Assembly (NCBI RefSeq): GCF_018350175.1
Contig: NC_058374.1
Location: 45,446,001 to 45,510,000, forward strand
Direction of reading: 5' to 3'
Origin: Felis catus
Taxonomy: Eukaryota
Length of the DNA: 64,000 nt
Made by a program: the position numbers and the translations under genes
The notes under the pieces: generated by a model
Seen by the model: only the letters and a program-made list of their open reading frames with translations
What the model was told of the DNA's origin: nothing
Database searches by the model: none
Shown: piece by piece, positions 12,507-25,022 of the stretch
Numbering within the stretch: position 1 is the stretch's first letter
How the letters are laid out: every line of letters begins with the position of its first letter

Positions 12507-13089
12507 AGAATAACTCAGGTAGGGCAGCTGTGGTTTTCAATTTTCTAGTAAGGACGGTTATTTTATTTCCAGCTGTTTCGCCTGGGAATGGGGAAGACTG
12601 AGCACCGAAGATATTCGAGTTGTGCCTGTTATAACACAGAATTTCACCTCGGAATCTGTACTTGTATGCAGCCGATTATGCTTTGTTAAAATCTGAGTGC
12701 GATCTTCCTTATAATGCCTCTTTAATAACGGATACCAATTTCAAAGACAAAACATACTTGATCATATTGCTAGTATTTGTGTGCATTTTTGGTTGTTTCG
12801 TGATTTAAGACACATAACATCTAAATCCACAAAACAATAAACCAAGGTATAGTAATATTCTCTTGCACTGACTTTAATGTTTCACCAACTTAACATGTAA
12901 GCTGGAGGCTTCTAGGCTTTGCTATCACTGGAGGGGCTGCTCTGTTAGAGAAAAAGGGCTTGAGGTGATGATCTCAAGCAAATGCCCAACCTCATTTGTA
13001 TACGTGTTTTACTTATGTTGGTGACAACAGACCCTGAGTCTGAAACATTGAGGACTGGAGACGAAGAGTGCCACCCATTAGGTGGGTTA

Positions 13090-13830
13090 GGAGTCAAGTA
13101 CCTTTTTACATATTTAAAAGCCATTTGAATTTTTTTTGGTGGACTACTTACATATTTGCTCATTTTTCTACCCTTTTAATGAATTTCTATGGTGTTTATA
13201 CCTTAGAGAAATTAACACTTTTCCCATGTTCTGTATCGACAATATTTCCCACTTTGCCATTTGTATTTAGCCTTTCCGCGTATTTTTTATTTTTATTTTT
13301 TTAATGTTTATTTATTTTTGAGAGTGAGAGTGACACAGCATGAGCAGGGGAAGGGCCGAGGGAGAGGGAGACACAGAATCGGAAGCAGGCTCCAGGCTCT
13401 GAGCAGTCACCACAGAGCCCAATATGGGACTCGAACTCACAAACCGTGAGATCATGACCTGAGCCAAAGTCGGTCAGCTCAACCAACTGAGCCACCCAGG
13501 CGCCCCTCCATGTATTTTTTAAATGTAAGCAAAAGTTTTCAAATTTCATATAGTTCTATTTATCAGTCTCTATGACTTCTGGATTTTGAATTATAGTTAG
13601 AAAATGTCTCCATTGAACTTTTCCTGTATTTTTCTCTTTTATTTGCACGATTTGTTTTTTTTTTTTAACACAACACTTAAAAAACAATTTGGGAATATAT
13701 ATGTATATATATCTACATTATCAAGTGTGGATCCAACTTGACTTATGGGTCCAAGATGGCTATCCACTTGTTTCAATTATATTGATTTGGTAATCCATCT
13801 TGCACCCCTGCTTGAGATGCCACCTCTATT
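13090..13830 (-). mobile_element. Old L1 (L1ME-like) fragment
   Basis: Degraded antisense L1 ORF2/3' motifs. Confidence 0.5.
13290..13506 (-). mobile_element. CAN-SINE
   Basis: TSD tcc(gc/at)gtatttttta. Confidence 0.9.
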
Positions 13831-13846
13831 TAAATGATAATTTCCC

Positions 13847-14047
13847 AGGGCACCAGTTGAGGATCTGACTTTGGCTTCGGTCATGATCTCTCAGTTTGTG
13901 AATTGGAGTCCCCCATCGGGCTCACTACCTGTCAGCAACGAGCCTGCTTCAGATCCTCTGTCTCCCTCTGTCTGCCCCTCCTACGCTTGTGCTCTCCCCA
14001 AAATAAATCAATATAAAAAAATTGTTTTAATAAAATAAAAAATAAGA
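13847..14047 (+). mobile_element. CAN-SINE, older
   Basis: TSD taaatgataatttccc. Confidence 0.9.
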
Positions 14048-14109
14048 TAAATGATAATTTCCCTTATGTATTTGCAGATGAAGTGGCTACTGTTCTTGTC
14101 TTTTAATGC

Positions 14110-14840
14110 ATTAGTAATGACTAAAAGGACTGTGAGTGGCATGGCTATTTCCACCTGCATAAGGAGAACTTATGACAAGTTGAGATTTTAAATTTCACCT
14201 CCTGACAGTCTGAAAACCAGAGGTCTGTGGTGGCCCTGAAAGATTCACTTGTTTTTTATGGCTGTAAGTCAGATCTAAAAGTTAATTGTGTAGATAAGAG
14301 ATTTACCATATCAGAGGTATTCACAGACTCATCAAGTCTCATCGAATGAAATTTAGAGCAATGATGGGAAACGAGTAGGACCTTAAAACTGGGAATGAGG
14401 ATATCTAGGTGCACTTGGATAAATAAAGCTGAGAATCTCAAACTCCTTTCTGGTGGAGGCAGTCCACCTTCCCATGTCAGAGGGAAATCTGCCTTGTTTT
14501 GCTTGAAGACCGTATAGCAACCTCACCCGGGAAAGTTACCATGCAAAGCGATGCTTATTTAAGACCCACCTCAGTCACCATTTTTGTCTCTAGACTCAGA
14601 ACCAAGGTCCTACTGCAGCGAGCTCCAGGCAGTGGGGGAGAGGACAAAGCGGGAAGATAATTACAAAATCTGACCAAGAGGGAAAACATTTATCCTCCAA
14701 AAGAATTGCAAGATTTCACACATTTGTGTTGGCTGACAGTCAAAGCACACATGTAAGAACGGACTCTAAGGATTTCAGACCAAAGAGGATAGATCCCAAC
14801 ACTGGATCTGGATCAACGTATTGATATAGCTGCCCCTTTA
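14110..14840 (+). mobile_element. ERVL/MaLR internal (gag-like) remnant, no ORF
   Basis: ggaccttaaaactgggaatgaggatatctag...tctagactcagaacc...tcctccaaaagaattgc...ggatcaacgtattgatat resembles MLT-int/ERVL internal sequence. Confidence 0.55.
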
Positions 14841-15405
14841 TAGAGTCTAGGTTCAGCATGTTCACTTGTGTCATTTCTCGAAATCTCTTGCGATCGGAAG
14901 CGCTCGAACACAAACACAGCTAGGCAGATGTTCCTTTAAATTCATTTTCTTTTCCTCGTTGAAATACGTTGTACCATTCTTTAGAATCTTACATTCTCTG
15001 TTGACATTTTCTCTTTAATTATGCTACTGATTATTGCAGGTCAAGTCAGGCAAATGACTATATTTTCCACATGTATCAAGAATGGAATGCTGCCATACTG
15101 GTCTTATTTGCAGACAGCTCGTATTTTTAATTATTCGCTGACTTCATCTACCCCCCCCCCCCCCGCCCCCGCACACACTCCAAATCCCTCGCTATGTCCA
15201 CTGCAATTCACAGTAAATCATCAGCCAGAAACTTGCGTTCTCATTCATTTTTCTGACAGTTCATTTTACCTTCTTTCTTTGAGCTCAGAAGGTCTTCAAC
15301 TTTGGCAGATTGGTGAAGACTGTGATGTCTTCAGAATAATTTTTTTTAAGTGAACAAAATGAAAATGCATGGAATCTTAGAGGAATCCAGATAAATTAAA
15401 GTATA

Positions 15406-15521
15406 TATATTGTATATATTTATGTATATTTAAGTCATCTTTATACCCAATGTGGGGATCAAACTTATGACCCCAAGATCAAAAGTCTCATGCTCTTTCA
15501 ACTGAGCCAGCCAAGTGCTCC
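15406..15521 (-). mobile_element. Short old CAN-SINE
   Basis: TSD aattaaagtata. Confidence 0.75.
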
Positions 15522-15801
15522 AATTAAAGTATATTTTTCTGTGCTTCTCTCTTCATCTGGCAGAAAGAGCAGTAATAAAGGTAAACGATAATTTGAGGTC
15601 TCTCAAACAATAGTGATTTGTGATTTCTAGAAGTAAAAATCACAGGTACTGCTAACGTTTCTAGGATTGCTACCTGCATTCATACGTAGAAAGAATGCTA
15701 GGTTTAAGTTAAAGGTTAATGAAAAGGAAGATATAATTGGGTGCCCGGACAAGTTCATAGTCCCCTCAATTTTATCCATAGATGCCTTATTTTAAGACCT
15801 C

Positions 15802-16066
15802 ACATTATGCTCAGTGAAATGAGTCAGGCAGAGAAAGACAGATACTGTATGTTTTCACTCATACGTGGATCCTGAGAAACTTAACAGAAGACCAGCGGGG
15901 AGGGGAAGGAAAAAAAAAAAGTTAGAAAGGGAGAGAGCCAAACCATAAGAGACTCTATTAAATACAGAGAACAAACTGAGGGTTGATGGGGGGAGTGGGA
16001 GGGAGGGGAAAGTGGGTGATGGGCATGGAGGAGGGCACCTGTTGGGATGAGCACTGGGTGTTGTAT
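15802..16066 (+). mobile_element. Felid L1 (L1_Fc-like) 3' fragment cut by assembly gap
   Basis: attatgctcagtgaaatgagtcaggcagagaaagacag...gagaacaaactgagggttgatgg...gggatgagcactgggtgttgtat. Confidence 0.88.
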
Positions 16067-16245
16067 NNNNNNNNNNNNNNNNNNNNNNNNNNNNNNNNNN
16101 NNNNNNNNNNNNNNNNNNNNNNNNNNNNNNNNNNNNNNNNNNNNNNNNNNNNNNNNNNNNNNNNNNNNNNNNNNNNNNNNNNNNNNNNNNNNNNNNNNNN
16201 NNNNNNNNNNNNNNNNNNNNNNNNNNNNNNNNNNNNNNNNNNNNN
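16067..16245. other. Assembly gap (179 N)
   Basis: Run of N. Confidence 1.
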
Positions 16246-16469
16246 TCCTGACTCTACTCTATGGACATTGCTTCCTCTGCACCCTTTCAAGTGGTAACTG
16301 TTCTCCCTCTCACACCCCATCGTCCAACTGAGGCAAAGCTGGCCTGGGTGTTTCCTTTCTTTGTCACTTTGAAGAGCTCATTCTCCCTACTCCCTCACAA
16401 ATCACCCAGCAACTTGGAATTTCCTGTCCTCTATCTATACATTTTTCCAGTGTAATATTGCAATCATTC

Positions 16470-16940
16470 ACCAGCCCTCCTTTTATTTTAGACTTCGGTC
16501 TATAGTTAAGTGTATTAGACTTCACCACCATTCCTTTTGCCAAAGTTCCCCCAACCATCTCTTAATTAGATAAAGTCAGCCTCTAATCTATTTCTCATGA
16601 ATGGCTAGTAGATACAGTATTTCCTGAGTCCTTGTATGTTAAAAGCATCTTCCCTTCCCCAACAACCTTGGTACTTGGAAGACAGTGTGGCTAGTTAGAA
16701 TATTATTGGCTCATGCTTTTTTCCTCGCGCTTAGTGTAAATTTTGCTCTCTTTTTCCTGTTGTGGACGAATGCTGTTGAGAAGCCGGATATCAGGTTTTA
16801 CTCTTTCCCTTTCGAGTGACTTGTTTTCTTTGCCTGTTTACTCAGAGCCGTTTATCTTTAGCATGATGAGTAGGGGTATGTCTCTGAGCTTACCTTTCTG
16901 GAACGGTTTTCCCATGTGTGCCGTCATGCCAACGTATGGC
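16470..16940 (-). mobile_element. Old L1 fragment
   Basis: Antisense L1-like gaagacagtgtggctagttagaatattattggctca...gctgttgagaagcc. Confidence 0.5.
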
Positions 16941-16956
16941 GTCAAGAAATTTATTT

Positions 16957-17161
16957 ATTTTTAATGTTCGTTTATCTTTTTAATGTTTATTCATTTTTGA
17001 GAGAGAGCTAGTTGGGGAGGGGTAAAGAGGGAGACAGAGGATCCAAAGCAGGCTCTGCAGTGACGACAGAAAGTCCAATCTGGGGCTCCAACCCACAAGC
17101 CAAGAGATCGTAACCTGAGCCGAGGTCTGACTCTCAATCGACTGAGCCACCCAGGCGTCCC
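16957..17161 (-). mobile_element. CAN-SINE
   Basis: TSD aagaaatttattt. Confidence 0.9.
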
Positions 17162-17180
17162 TTTAAGAAATTTATTTTTA

Positions 17181-17406
17181 GGGGCGCCTGGGTGGCGCAG
17201 TCGGTTAAGCGTCCGACTTCAGCCAGGTCATGATCTCGCGGTCCGTGAGTTCGAGCCCCGCATCAGGCTCTGGGCTGATGGCTCGGAGCCTGGAGCCTGT
17301 TTCCGATTCTGTGTCTCCCTCTCTCTCTGCCCCTCCCCCGTTCATGCTCTGTCTCTCTCTGTCCCAAAAATAAATAAAAACGTTGAAAAAAAAATTAAAA
17401 AAAAAA
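17181..17406 (+). mobile_element. Young SINEC_Fc
   Basis: TSD aagaaatttattttta. Confidence 0.95.
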
Positions 17407-17600
17407 AAGAAATTTATTTTTAAAACGCTTTCTTAAATCCTCTTTTTAAGTATTAGCCCATTTCCTTACTTTGTTTTTTCTCTTTAGGGAGCCAGTTATT
17501 TGTTTACGATGGCCTGCTTTTTCATATTTGCCTTTTCCTCTTTCATATTATTGTCTTTTACCATTTCTGTGTTCCTTCCTCCTTTCTTGTGTCTATCTTT

Positions 17601-17809
17601 TTTTTTTTTAATGTTTATTTATTTTTGAGACAGAGAGAGACAGAGCATGAACGGGGGAGGGTCAGAGAGAGGGAGACACAGAATCTGAAACAGGCTCCAG
17701 GCTCTGAGCTGTCAGCACAGAGCCCAACACGGGGCTCGAACTCACGGACAGCGAGATCATGACCTGAGCCGAAGTTGGCCACTTAACGACTGAGCCACCC
17801 AGGCGCCCC
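17601..17809 (-). mobile_element. CAN-SINE
   Basis: TSD tct(t/c)gtgtctatcttt. Confidence 0.92.
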
Positions 17810-18128
17810 TCTCGTGTCTATCTTTTATCTCCTTTACTACTTTGTTAGGTCTATGTGCTCCTACGCGCACTAAAATTTCTCTTCACTTCTAGGGTGGTTT
17901 TTCTTTCTTTCAATTTTTGGTTTTATTTCTATCAGCTTCTGTGTCATGTCTTCCCATTGTTTAGAACACCTCTTCTTTGAGTGTTTCATTTATGGTTCCG
18001 GGTGTTTTTCACTTGTTTCATTCTCTTGAATTCATCTTAGCACGTGTATCAATTTCCCCCTGTTTCATGGTTGTTACTTTTCTAGTGTATATTCATGTAC
18101 TGAAAATGCTGAAAAGGTTGGTTTTCCC

Positions 18129-18130
<2 letters not shown>

Positions 18131-18163
<33 letters not shown>
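18131..18163. repeat. (TG)16 microsatellite
   Basis: Perfect dinucleotide run. Confidence 0.95.
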
Positions 18164-18165
<2 letters not shown>

Positions 18166-18363
18166 CTGCTTTTTTTTCTGCCGTAGTTTTATATGTATGT
18201 AGATATTTTATTTTTGCTGTTATGATTACTGTTGTGGTGGTTCTTGGAATTTTAAGGCTATCCCTGCACCAACTACTAGCAAGGCAATTTTTTTTTTGAC
18301 AGTTGAAGGGCTAAGGTTGAAGCTGGGTGGTCTTTAGTCATTTCTCAGCTCTGGGATCTTCTT

Positions 18364-18587
18364 TTTTTTTTAATTTATTTTTAATGTTTATTTATTATTG
18401 AGAGAGAGAAACAGTGTGTGAAAGGGGGAGGGACAGAGAGAGAGAGAGAGAGATGCAGAATCGGAAGCAGGCTCCAGGCTCTGAGCTGTCGGCACAGAGC
18501 CCAATGAAGGGCTTGAACCAACGAACAGTGACATCATGACCTGAGCTGAAGTCAGATGCTTTACTGACTGAGCCACCCAGGCCCCCC
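18364..18587 (-). mobile_element. CAN-SINE
   Basis: TSD ctgggatcttctt. Confidence 0.92.
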
Positions 18588-18955
18588 CTGGGATCTTCTT
18601 GAGTTACTACCGTTTGGACATTTTCATTATTATATGTCGTTATTCTATGGACAGACTTCCTCTTATTTTTCAGTTTTACCTTGTTTCTCTTACCTGTCTT
18701 GCTTGATCTTGGCTTGTGCCTCAAAGAGATGCTGCTTCAGCTTTCTGTTGTGTCTTGCTGTCTCCCTGAGAGGCGCTGCCTGCCTGACCGTGACCTCATG
18801 CCCCAAGCATTTTGCATGCCTCTTCATTGCTACTCTTCTGTAGCCAAGTGCAGTGTGCACACAGTCTAACTCATCTTTTTCTCAGGGTGTGGACCTTATG
18901 GACGGCATCTGGCTTTTGTCACTTCTAGGGTCGTTCTAAAGCCTCTGCTTCTCTG

Positions 18956-19180
18956 GGGGCGCCTGGGTGGCTCGGTCGGTTAAGCATCCAACTTCGGCTA
19001 AGGTCGTGATCTCCCAGTTTGTGATTCAAGCCCCACGTCAGGCTCTGGGCTGACAGCAGCTTGGAGCCTGGAGCCTGCTTCAGGTTCTAGGTCACCCTTT
19101 CTCTCTGTGTCCCTCCCCCGCTCATGTTCTGTCTCTGTCTGTCTCTGAAAAATGAATAAATGTTAAAAAAACATTTTTTT
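18956..19180 (+). mobile_element. CAN-SINE
   Basis: TSD cctctgcttctctg. Confidence 0.92.
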
Positions 19181-19277
19181 TAAACCTCTGCTTCTCTGAA
19201 CAGATCACCTGGAGTTCTGAAAAACAGAATAACAATCTAATATACATAATTGTCCATTTGAAAAATATGAAAAAGCA

Positions 19278-19466
19278 GGGGTGCTGGGGTGGCTCAGTCA
19301 GTTAAGCATCTGACGACTCTTGATTTGGGCTCAGATCATGATCTCACGGTTCGTGAGACTGAGCCCCATATCGGTCTCTGTGCTAACAGCATGGGATCCC
19401 CTCTCTCCCTCTCTCTCTCTCTGCCCCTACCTCGCTGCCATGCTCTCTCTCTCTAAAATACAAAAA
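19278..19466 (+). mobile_element. CAN-SINE, older
   Basis: SINE head and body. Confidence 0.85.
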
Positions 19467-20041
19467 GTGGTTAAAATGGCATACTTTTTGTTGTATATAT
19501 TTTACCATAATAAAAAGACATTTTAAATAAAAACAAAACTTTTAAAACTTGAAACTGCAGACCAGAAAAATAAGCAACATAGGAAAGACTAGAAATAGAT
19601 AAGACAAGCTAAGCTTCTTCTTTTACTTGGGATGAAGATAAAGATATTTTTAAACCAGCACATGAAACTGTGGTATCAATAGAATATAGGAAAAGAGGGG
19701 AAGAAAATTAGAAGAAAAAAAAAAAAGAAATGAGAAGATAGAAAATTCATATAACCACATTATGGTAAGTGTAAAAATGTCCACTCAATGATCATAATTT
19801 TGAAATTCTAATATTAAACAAAGGATCAAAAATCAGATATTTGTTTTCTGCAGGAGACAATAAAAGAAAAATATAGAAATGTTGCAAATATACAGATGGA
19901 ACACACAGTAATTAAATAGGAAGCAAAGTAACAAAATTAGCGATTTTTTAACATGGACAAAAGAAAATTTAAAGAAAAAACCTACATGAATGGACAAACA
20001 GGGCTTTTAATATAAGTAAACAAAATGATAATGAAAGTACT

Positions 20042-20211
20042 GGAAATGCTCAGGTGGCTCAGTTGGTTAAGTGTCTGACTCTTGACCTCACATCATGAGA
20101 TCAAGACCTGCACTGGGCTCTGTGCTGAGTGTGGAGCCTGATTAAGATTCTCTTTCCCTCCCCCTCTGCCCCTTCCCCCCACCCCGAATCTCTCAATAAA
20201 TAAATAAATAA
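20042..20211 (+). mobile_element. CAN-SINE, older
   Basis: SINE body, (AAAT)n tail. Confidence 0.8.
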
Positions 20212-20273
20212 GTGTAACGACCACAAATGCAATTAAAATTATTAATATTGCTTCAAGTTAAATGCAGCTACAT

Positions 20274-20501
20274 GGGGCGCCTGGGTGGCTTAGTCGGTTG
20301 AGCGTCTGACTTCAGCTCAGGTCATGATCTCACGGTCTGTGAGTTTGAGCCCCGCGTCGCGTCGGGCTCTGTGCTGACAGCTCAAAGCCTGGAGCCTGTT
20401 TCAGATTCTGTGTCTCCCTCTCTCTGACCCTCCCCCAGTCATGCTCTGTCTCCCTCTGTCTCAAAAATAAATAAACATTAGAAAAAATTTTTTTAAAGAA
20501 A
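20274..20501 (+). mobile_element. CAN-SINE
   Basis: TSD aagttaaatgcagctaca. Confidence 0.93.
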
Positions 20502-20733
20502 AAGTTAAATGCAGCTACAAATGACTCATCAATCAATCAATCACTCAGTCATCATGAATGAACGCATATCGTCAATTTCAAATTAACACATAATAAACAT
20601 GGGTGTAAAAAAGCAGTATCATTAATATGGTTCATCTCATCCATGTAAGTTTGACTGTAGCACCATCAAACTCCTTTCAAGAAAACATGCAACATTCACC
20701 AAAGTAGGTCATATATTAGGCCAAATAAATCTT

Positions 20734-20957
20734 TCTTTTCTTTTTTTTAATTTTTTAACGTTTATTTATTTTTGAGAAGAGAGAGACAGAGCATGAGCGG
20801 GGGAGGAGAGAGAAAGAGGGAGACATGGAATCTGAAACAGGCTCCAGACTCTGAGCTGTCAGCACAGAGCCCAACGTGGGGCTCGAACCCACAGACCGCG
20901 AGATCATGCCCTGAGCCGAAGTCGGACGTTTAACTGACTGAGCCACCCGGGTGCCCC
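20734..20957 (-). mobile_element. CAN-SINE
   Basis: TSD aaataaatctt. Confidence 0.92.
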
Positions 20958-21519
20958 AAATAAATCTTATTCCTAGGCCAAGCATCATACAAATATGTTG
21001 CCTGACCCAACTTCAATAAAATAAAATATCAACACAGAAGCTACCTTTACAAGCCTCATATAGCTAGAGAATCATTCCGTTAACTCTTGAATTAAAAGGA
21101 AATTACAAGGAATATTTTGAAGCTCTCTGAGCTGATTGACAGTATTATAAAACTATGTGTCAACATTGCAGAACGTATCTAAATCGATATTTATGCAGAA
21201 AATATATAGCTTTGAATGCATTTACTAAAAAAAAAAAAAAAAAATAGAAGCTAGGAAAGAACAACCAACTGTTGCTTTCAAGGGTACAGAAAACCAGATG
21301 TCCGGAGAAATCCCTCCAGTCCAGAATACATTAAAAGATGGGAAAACAAGTTCATAATCACATTAAGTGCATGGCTCAGCTGCCAGGAAAATTTTTAAAA
21401 AATATTCTCAGATGCCAAAAATGGTGGGAAATTGCAGATTTTGAGGGGGAAAAAGAAGGGCTGAAAGTAGTGGGGGGAGGGGCATTTTCAACCTCCTTTA
21501 TACCAGAACATACATTTTA

Positions 21520-21752
21520 TTTTATTTTTATTTAAAAAAAATTTTTTTTAATGTTTATTTATTTTTGAGACAGAGAGAGACAGAGCATGAACGGGGGAGG
21601 GGCAGAGAGAGAGGGAGACACAGAATCGGAAGCAGGCTCCAGGCTCTGAGCCATCAGCCCAGAGCCCGACGCGGGGCTCGAACTCACGGACCGTGAGATC
21701 GTGACCTGAGCTGAAGTCGGACGCTCACCCGACTGAGCCACCCAGGCGCCCC
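21520..21752 (-). mobile_element. SINEC_Fc
   Basis: TSD agaacatacatttta. Confidence 0.93.
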
Positions 21753-22279
21753 TAGAACATACATTTTAAAGGACCATGCGCATGGCGGGTAGGGTACCTA
21801 CCTTGGGCCTCTCCACGGTTAGAAGTCAGATTGAATGCAATCAATAAAGCAAGACTCCTGAAAGGCAATCCCTTAAAAGCAAATGAAAAAACTCTGGATG
21901 CCTAACAAAAGGTTAAAATTAGGGGTATTTACTTCTCGACCGCACTGAATTGAAGGGAGAATGTAATAGATCTGTTATTCTGAGAATTTCCGAGAATAAA
22001 CTCGCCCACAAGCATATTTGTGACCAGAATTTGTACCACCAGTGCAGCCTAGAAAATCATGAACTGAAAATGCAATTTAAAGAAGTACAGGACAGGTGGT
22101 ATCCCCCCGCAGCCTCACAAGCAAAGTCACATCCTTTCTGGCAGAGGGCACTGTAAGGACACTTTACCGCTGGGAGTTCTTTAAACAATCCCCACGGGTA
22201 CAGTTCTAATGAAACCAAGTTCCAAGCAGAATCACAAAACATCCGACGACCCGGAGTCAGAATCAAGCCAGTACACGAC

Positions 22280-22443
22280 AGCAACAAGGAAAGAAACAGA
22301 TTCATAAATACGGAAAACCAGCTGATGGTTGCTAAGGGAGAGGACAACATGGGTGAAGGGGATTAGGAGGTACAAACTCCCAGTTATAAGATAAATGAGT
22401 TACTGGCAGATAAAGCACAGCGTATGGAATATAGTCCATAATG
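22280..22443 (+). mobile_element. L1 3'UTR fragment
   Basis: aaacagattcataaatacggaaaaccagctgatggttgc...ggaggtacaaactcccagttataagataaat. Confidence 0.7.
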
Positions 22444-22661
22444 TGGTTTTATGCCCAAGAGTAGGTCACTTCACTGAGTCACCCCGGCACCCCTAAAACT
22501 TTTTAATTAATGAAAGTAAAAAAAAAAAAGAGTACAAACAATTAGCTAAATTATCGGAACTGCCAAGGCAGTAGACATTGAGAGTCGGTACTTACAGTTT
22601 ATGAAAACTCTGGAAAATGTTGTTTTTATCATTCCTCAAAGAAAGTTAACCAAACAGACTT

Positions 22662-22875
22662 TTTTTATTTTTTGTTTTTACATTTATTTATCTTTGAGAG
22701 ACAGAGAGAGCACAAATGGGGAGGGGCAGAGGGAGAAGGAGACAGAATCCAAAGCAGACTCCAGGCTCTGAGCTGTCGACACAGAGCCCAATGTGGGGCT
22801 CGAACTCACAGACCGTGAGATCACGACCTGAGCCGAAGTCGGACGCTCAACCGACTGAGCCACCCAGGCGCCCCC
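22662..22875 (-). mobile_element. CAN-SINE
   Basis: TSD aaacaga(c/t)tttt. Confidence 0.9.
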
Positions 22876-23783
22876 CAAACAGATTTTATATTCATGTATC
22901 CTGTTTTTTCTTTGATTATATTTCCCTGATTACATCAATTATTGCATAAATTACAGAAAATTTTGAAATTTACAAAACGCTAAAAGAAGAAAACAAAAAT
23001 CATCTATAATCCTGCTGTTTGTGGATAAAGGACTTATCCATCTAGTTTACATATAAATGTAATCAAAACAAATTTTTAAGCAACGTACCTATGTATCTAT
23101 ACCTGTCTATTTTGAAATTTGTCTTGAAATCCACACAGAAACATGTTAACACTAGTTAGGTAAGTGTTACAAATATGCACAGTCTTAATTTCTCCTTCGT
23201 ACTCTGTGTTTTTGAATTTTAGGTGCAGTGAAACAGTTTGATTTTATAATCAGACAAAAAAATGGATGAAAGGAACATACGCCGATAAAAACAAATCAAA
23301 TGTTTTTCAAAATAGCAGTGGAAGAAATCGTAAATGTAAACAAAGGGATTTGAGTTCATATACATTACAAACTTATTGCCACAAACACCACAAATTAAGG
23401 TATTTACTGAACAGCAAATTAAGAAAAAAGATCATAACATATATGTCATAATGTTAACATATAAATTGTCAACTTGGTAAGAAACGTTACAAGGCGTGAA
23501 AAAAAAAAAACCAGAAGGAAAACAAATGAACAATTCTCCCGAATTATATGCCGTTGGTTAATAATTCTGTACAAGTGCTTAACTTCGTTAGTGATCAAAT
23601 ATATGCAAATGACAAAGATGTTTTGTGGTCAAAGTAATCACTTGAAAAATAATAATTTTGAATGATTTTGAGATTAATATAGGGTGGGTCATGTTTCTCG
23701 CTATCAAAATATTAGCTTACTGTTTCTGCGGGGCAACTTAGCAACTGCAAGGAATTTATCAAGTTCTTCCATATTGGAATTTT

Positions 23784-24006
23784 ATTTATTTTTTTATTTT
23801 TATTTTTTTAACGTTTTATTTATTTTTGAGACAGAGAGAGAGCATGAACGGGGGAGGGTCAGAGAGAGGGAGACACAGAATCGGAAACAGGCTCCAGGCT
23901 CTGAGCCGTCAGCCCAGAGCCCGACGCGGGGCTTGAACTCACGGACCGTGAGATCGTGACCTGGCTGAAGTCGGCTGCTTAACCGACTGAGCCGCCCAGG
24001 CGCCCC
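23784..24006 (-). mobile_element. Young SINEC_Fc
   Basis: TSD atattggaatttt. Confidence 0.93.
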
Positions 24007-24020
24007 CATATTGGAATTTT

Positions 24021-24229
24021 AAAAAATGTTCTATTTATTGATTTTGAGAGAGAGCGAGAAGCAAGCAGGGGAGGGGCAGAGAGAGAGAGAGGGAGAGAGA
24101 GAATCCCAAGCAGGCTACTGCCTATCAGCCCAGAGCCCACACAGGGCTCGAATGCACGACCCATGAGATCACGACCTGAGCTGGAATCACAGAGTTGGAC
24201 ACTTAGCCAACTGAGCCACCCAGGTGCCC
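24021..24229 (-). mobile_element. CAN-SINE, older
   Basis: TSD ata(t/c)tggaatttt. Confidence 0.9.
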
Positions 24230-24419
24230 TGATACTGGAATTTTTCTTTAAAAAATGATTTCAAATACTGCGCTCTCTATATACTAGTCATGCTGGACTT
24301 TCATTTCCTGCAATGCCCTCTACTCCTTGCTTTGGCACGTATGCACCCACCCCAAATCTCTCCTGTTCTGCCCACCTTACTCTAAGGCATTATTCAGATC
24401 CAAAACGAAACAAAACAAA

Positions 24420-24660
24420 AACATTTCAAGCTCAATGACACCTTCTCTACGCTCAGGACCAAATCAGGTCATTTGCTTAGCACCTTAGCACCCTTTAGTT
24501 TTTTTTCTCTCCCACCACCGTAAGTAGAATTGTTTAAATTATTGTTTGCTATGTATTTGCTTTTCTACCAGAATGTCTTACTCATTACATTGGCCTCTTG
24601 TTCAGTACTATAGCCTCGGCACCTAGCAGAGTTAGTGTTCAAAAACTATTAAATGAATTA
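24420..24660 (+). mobile_element. L2 3' fragment
   Basis: tcttgttcagtactatagcctcggcacctagcagag...tcaaaaactattaaatgaat. Confidence 0.55.
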
Positions 24661-24796
24661 AGCCCTTATATTTAGATATCTTCTAGGCCCGAGGCCATCG
24701 TATAGGGTCCATGGACTTTTACAAGTTGCCAAAATAGGTTACTCAGGTCGCATTCTGGGTTGGATACAAATATTCACTTTAAAAATCAGCATTTTA

Positions 24797-25022
24797 GGGA
24801 CACCTGGGTGGCTCAGTCAGTTGAGCGTCCGACTTCGGCTCAGGTCATGATCTCGTGGTTCGTGAGTTCGAGCCCCGCGTCGGGCTCTGTGCTGACAGCT
24901 TGGAGCCCGGAGCCTGCTTTGGATTCTGTGTCTCCCTCTCCCTCTCTCTCTCTCCCCTCTCCTGCTTACACTCCTGTCTCTCTCTTTCTCTCAAAAATAA
25001 ATAAAACGCTAAAAAAAAAATT
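24797..25022 (+). mobile_element. CAN-SINE
   Basis: TSD aaaa(t/c)cagcatt. Confidence 0.92.

Noticed and set aside
15958-16331. ORFs containing X runs
   Set aside because: Artefacts of translating through the N gap.
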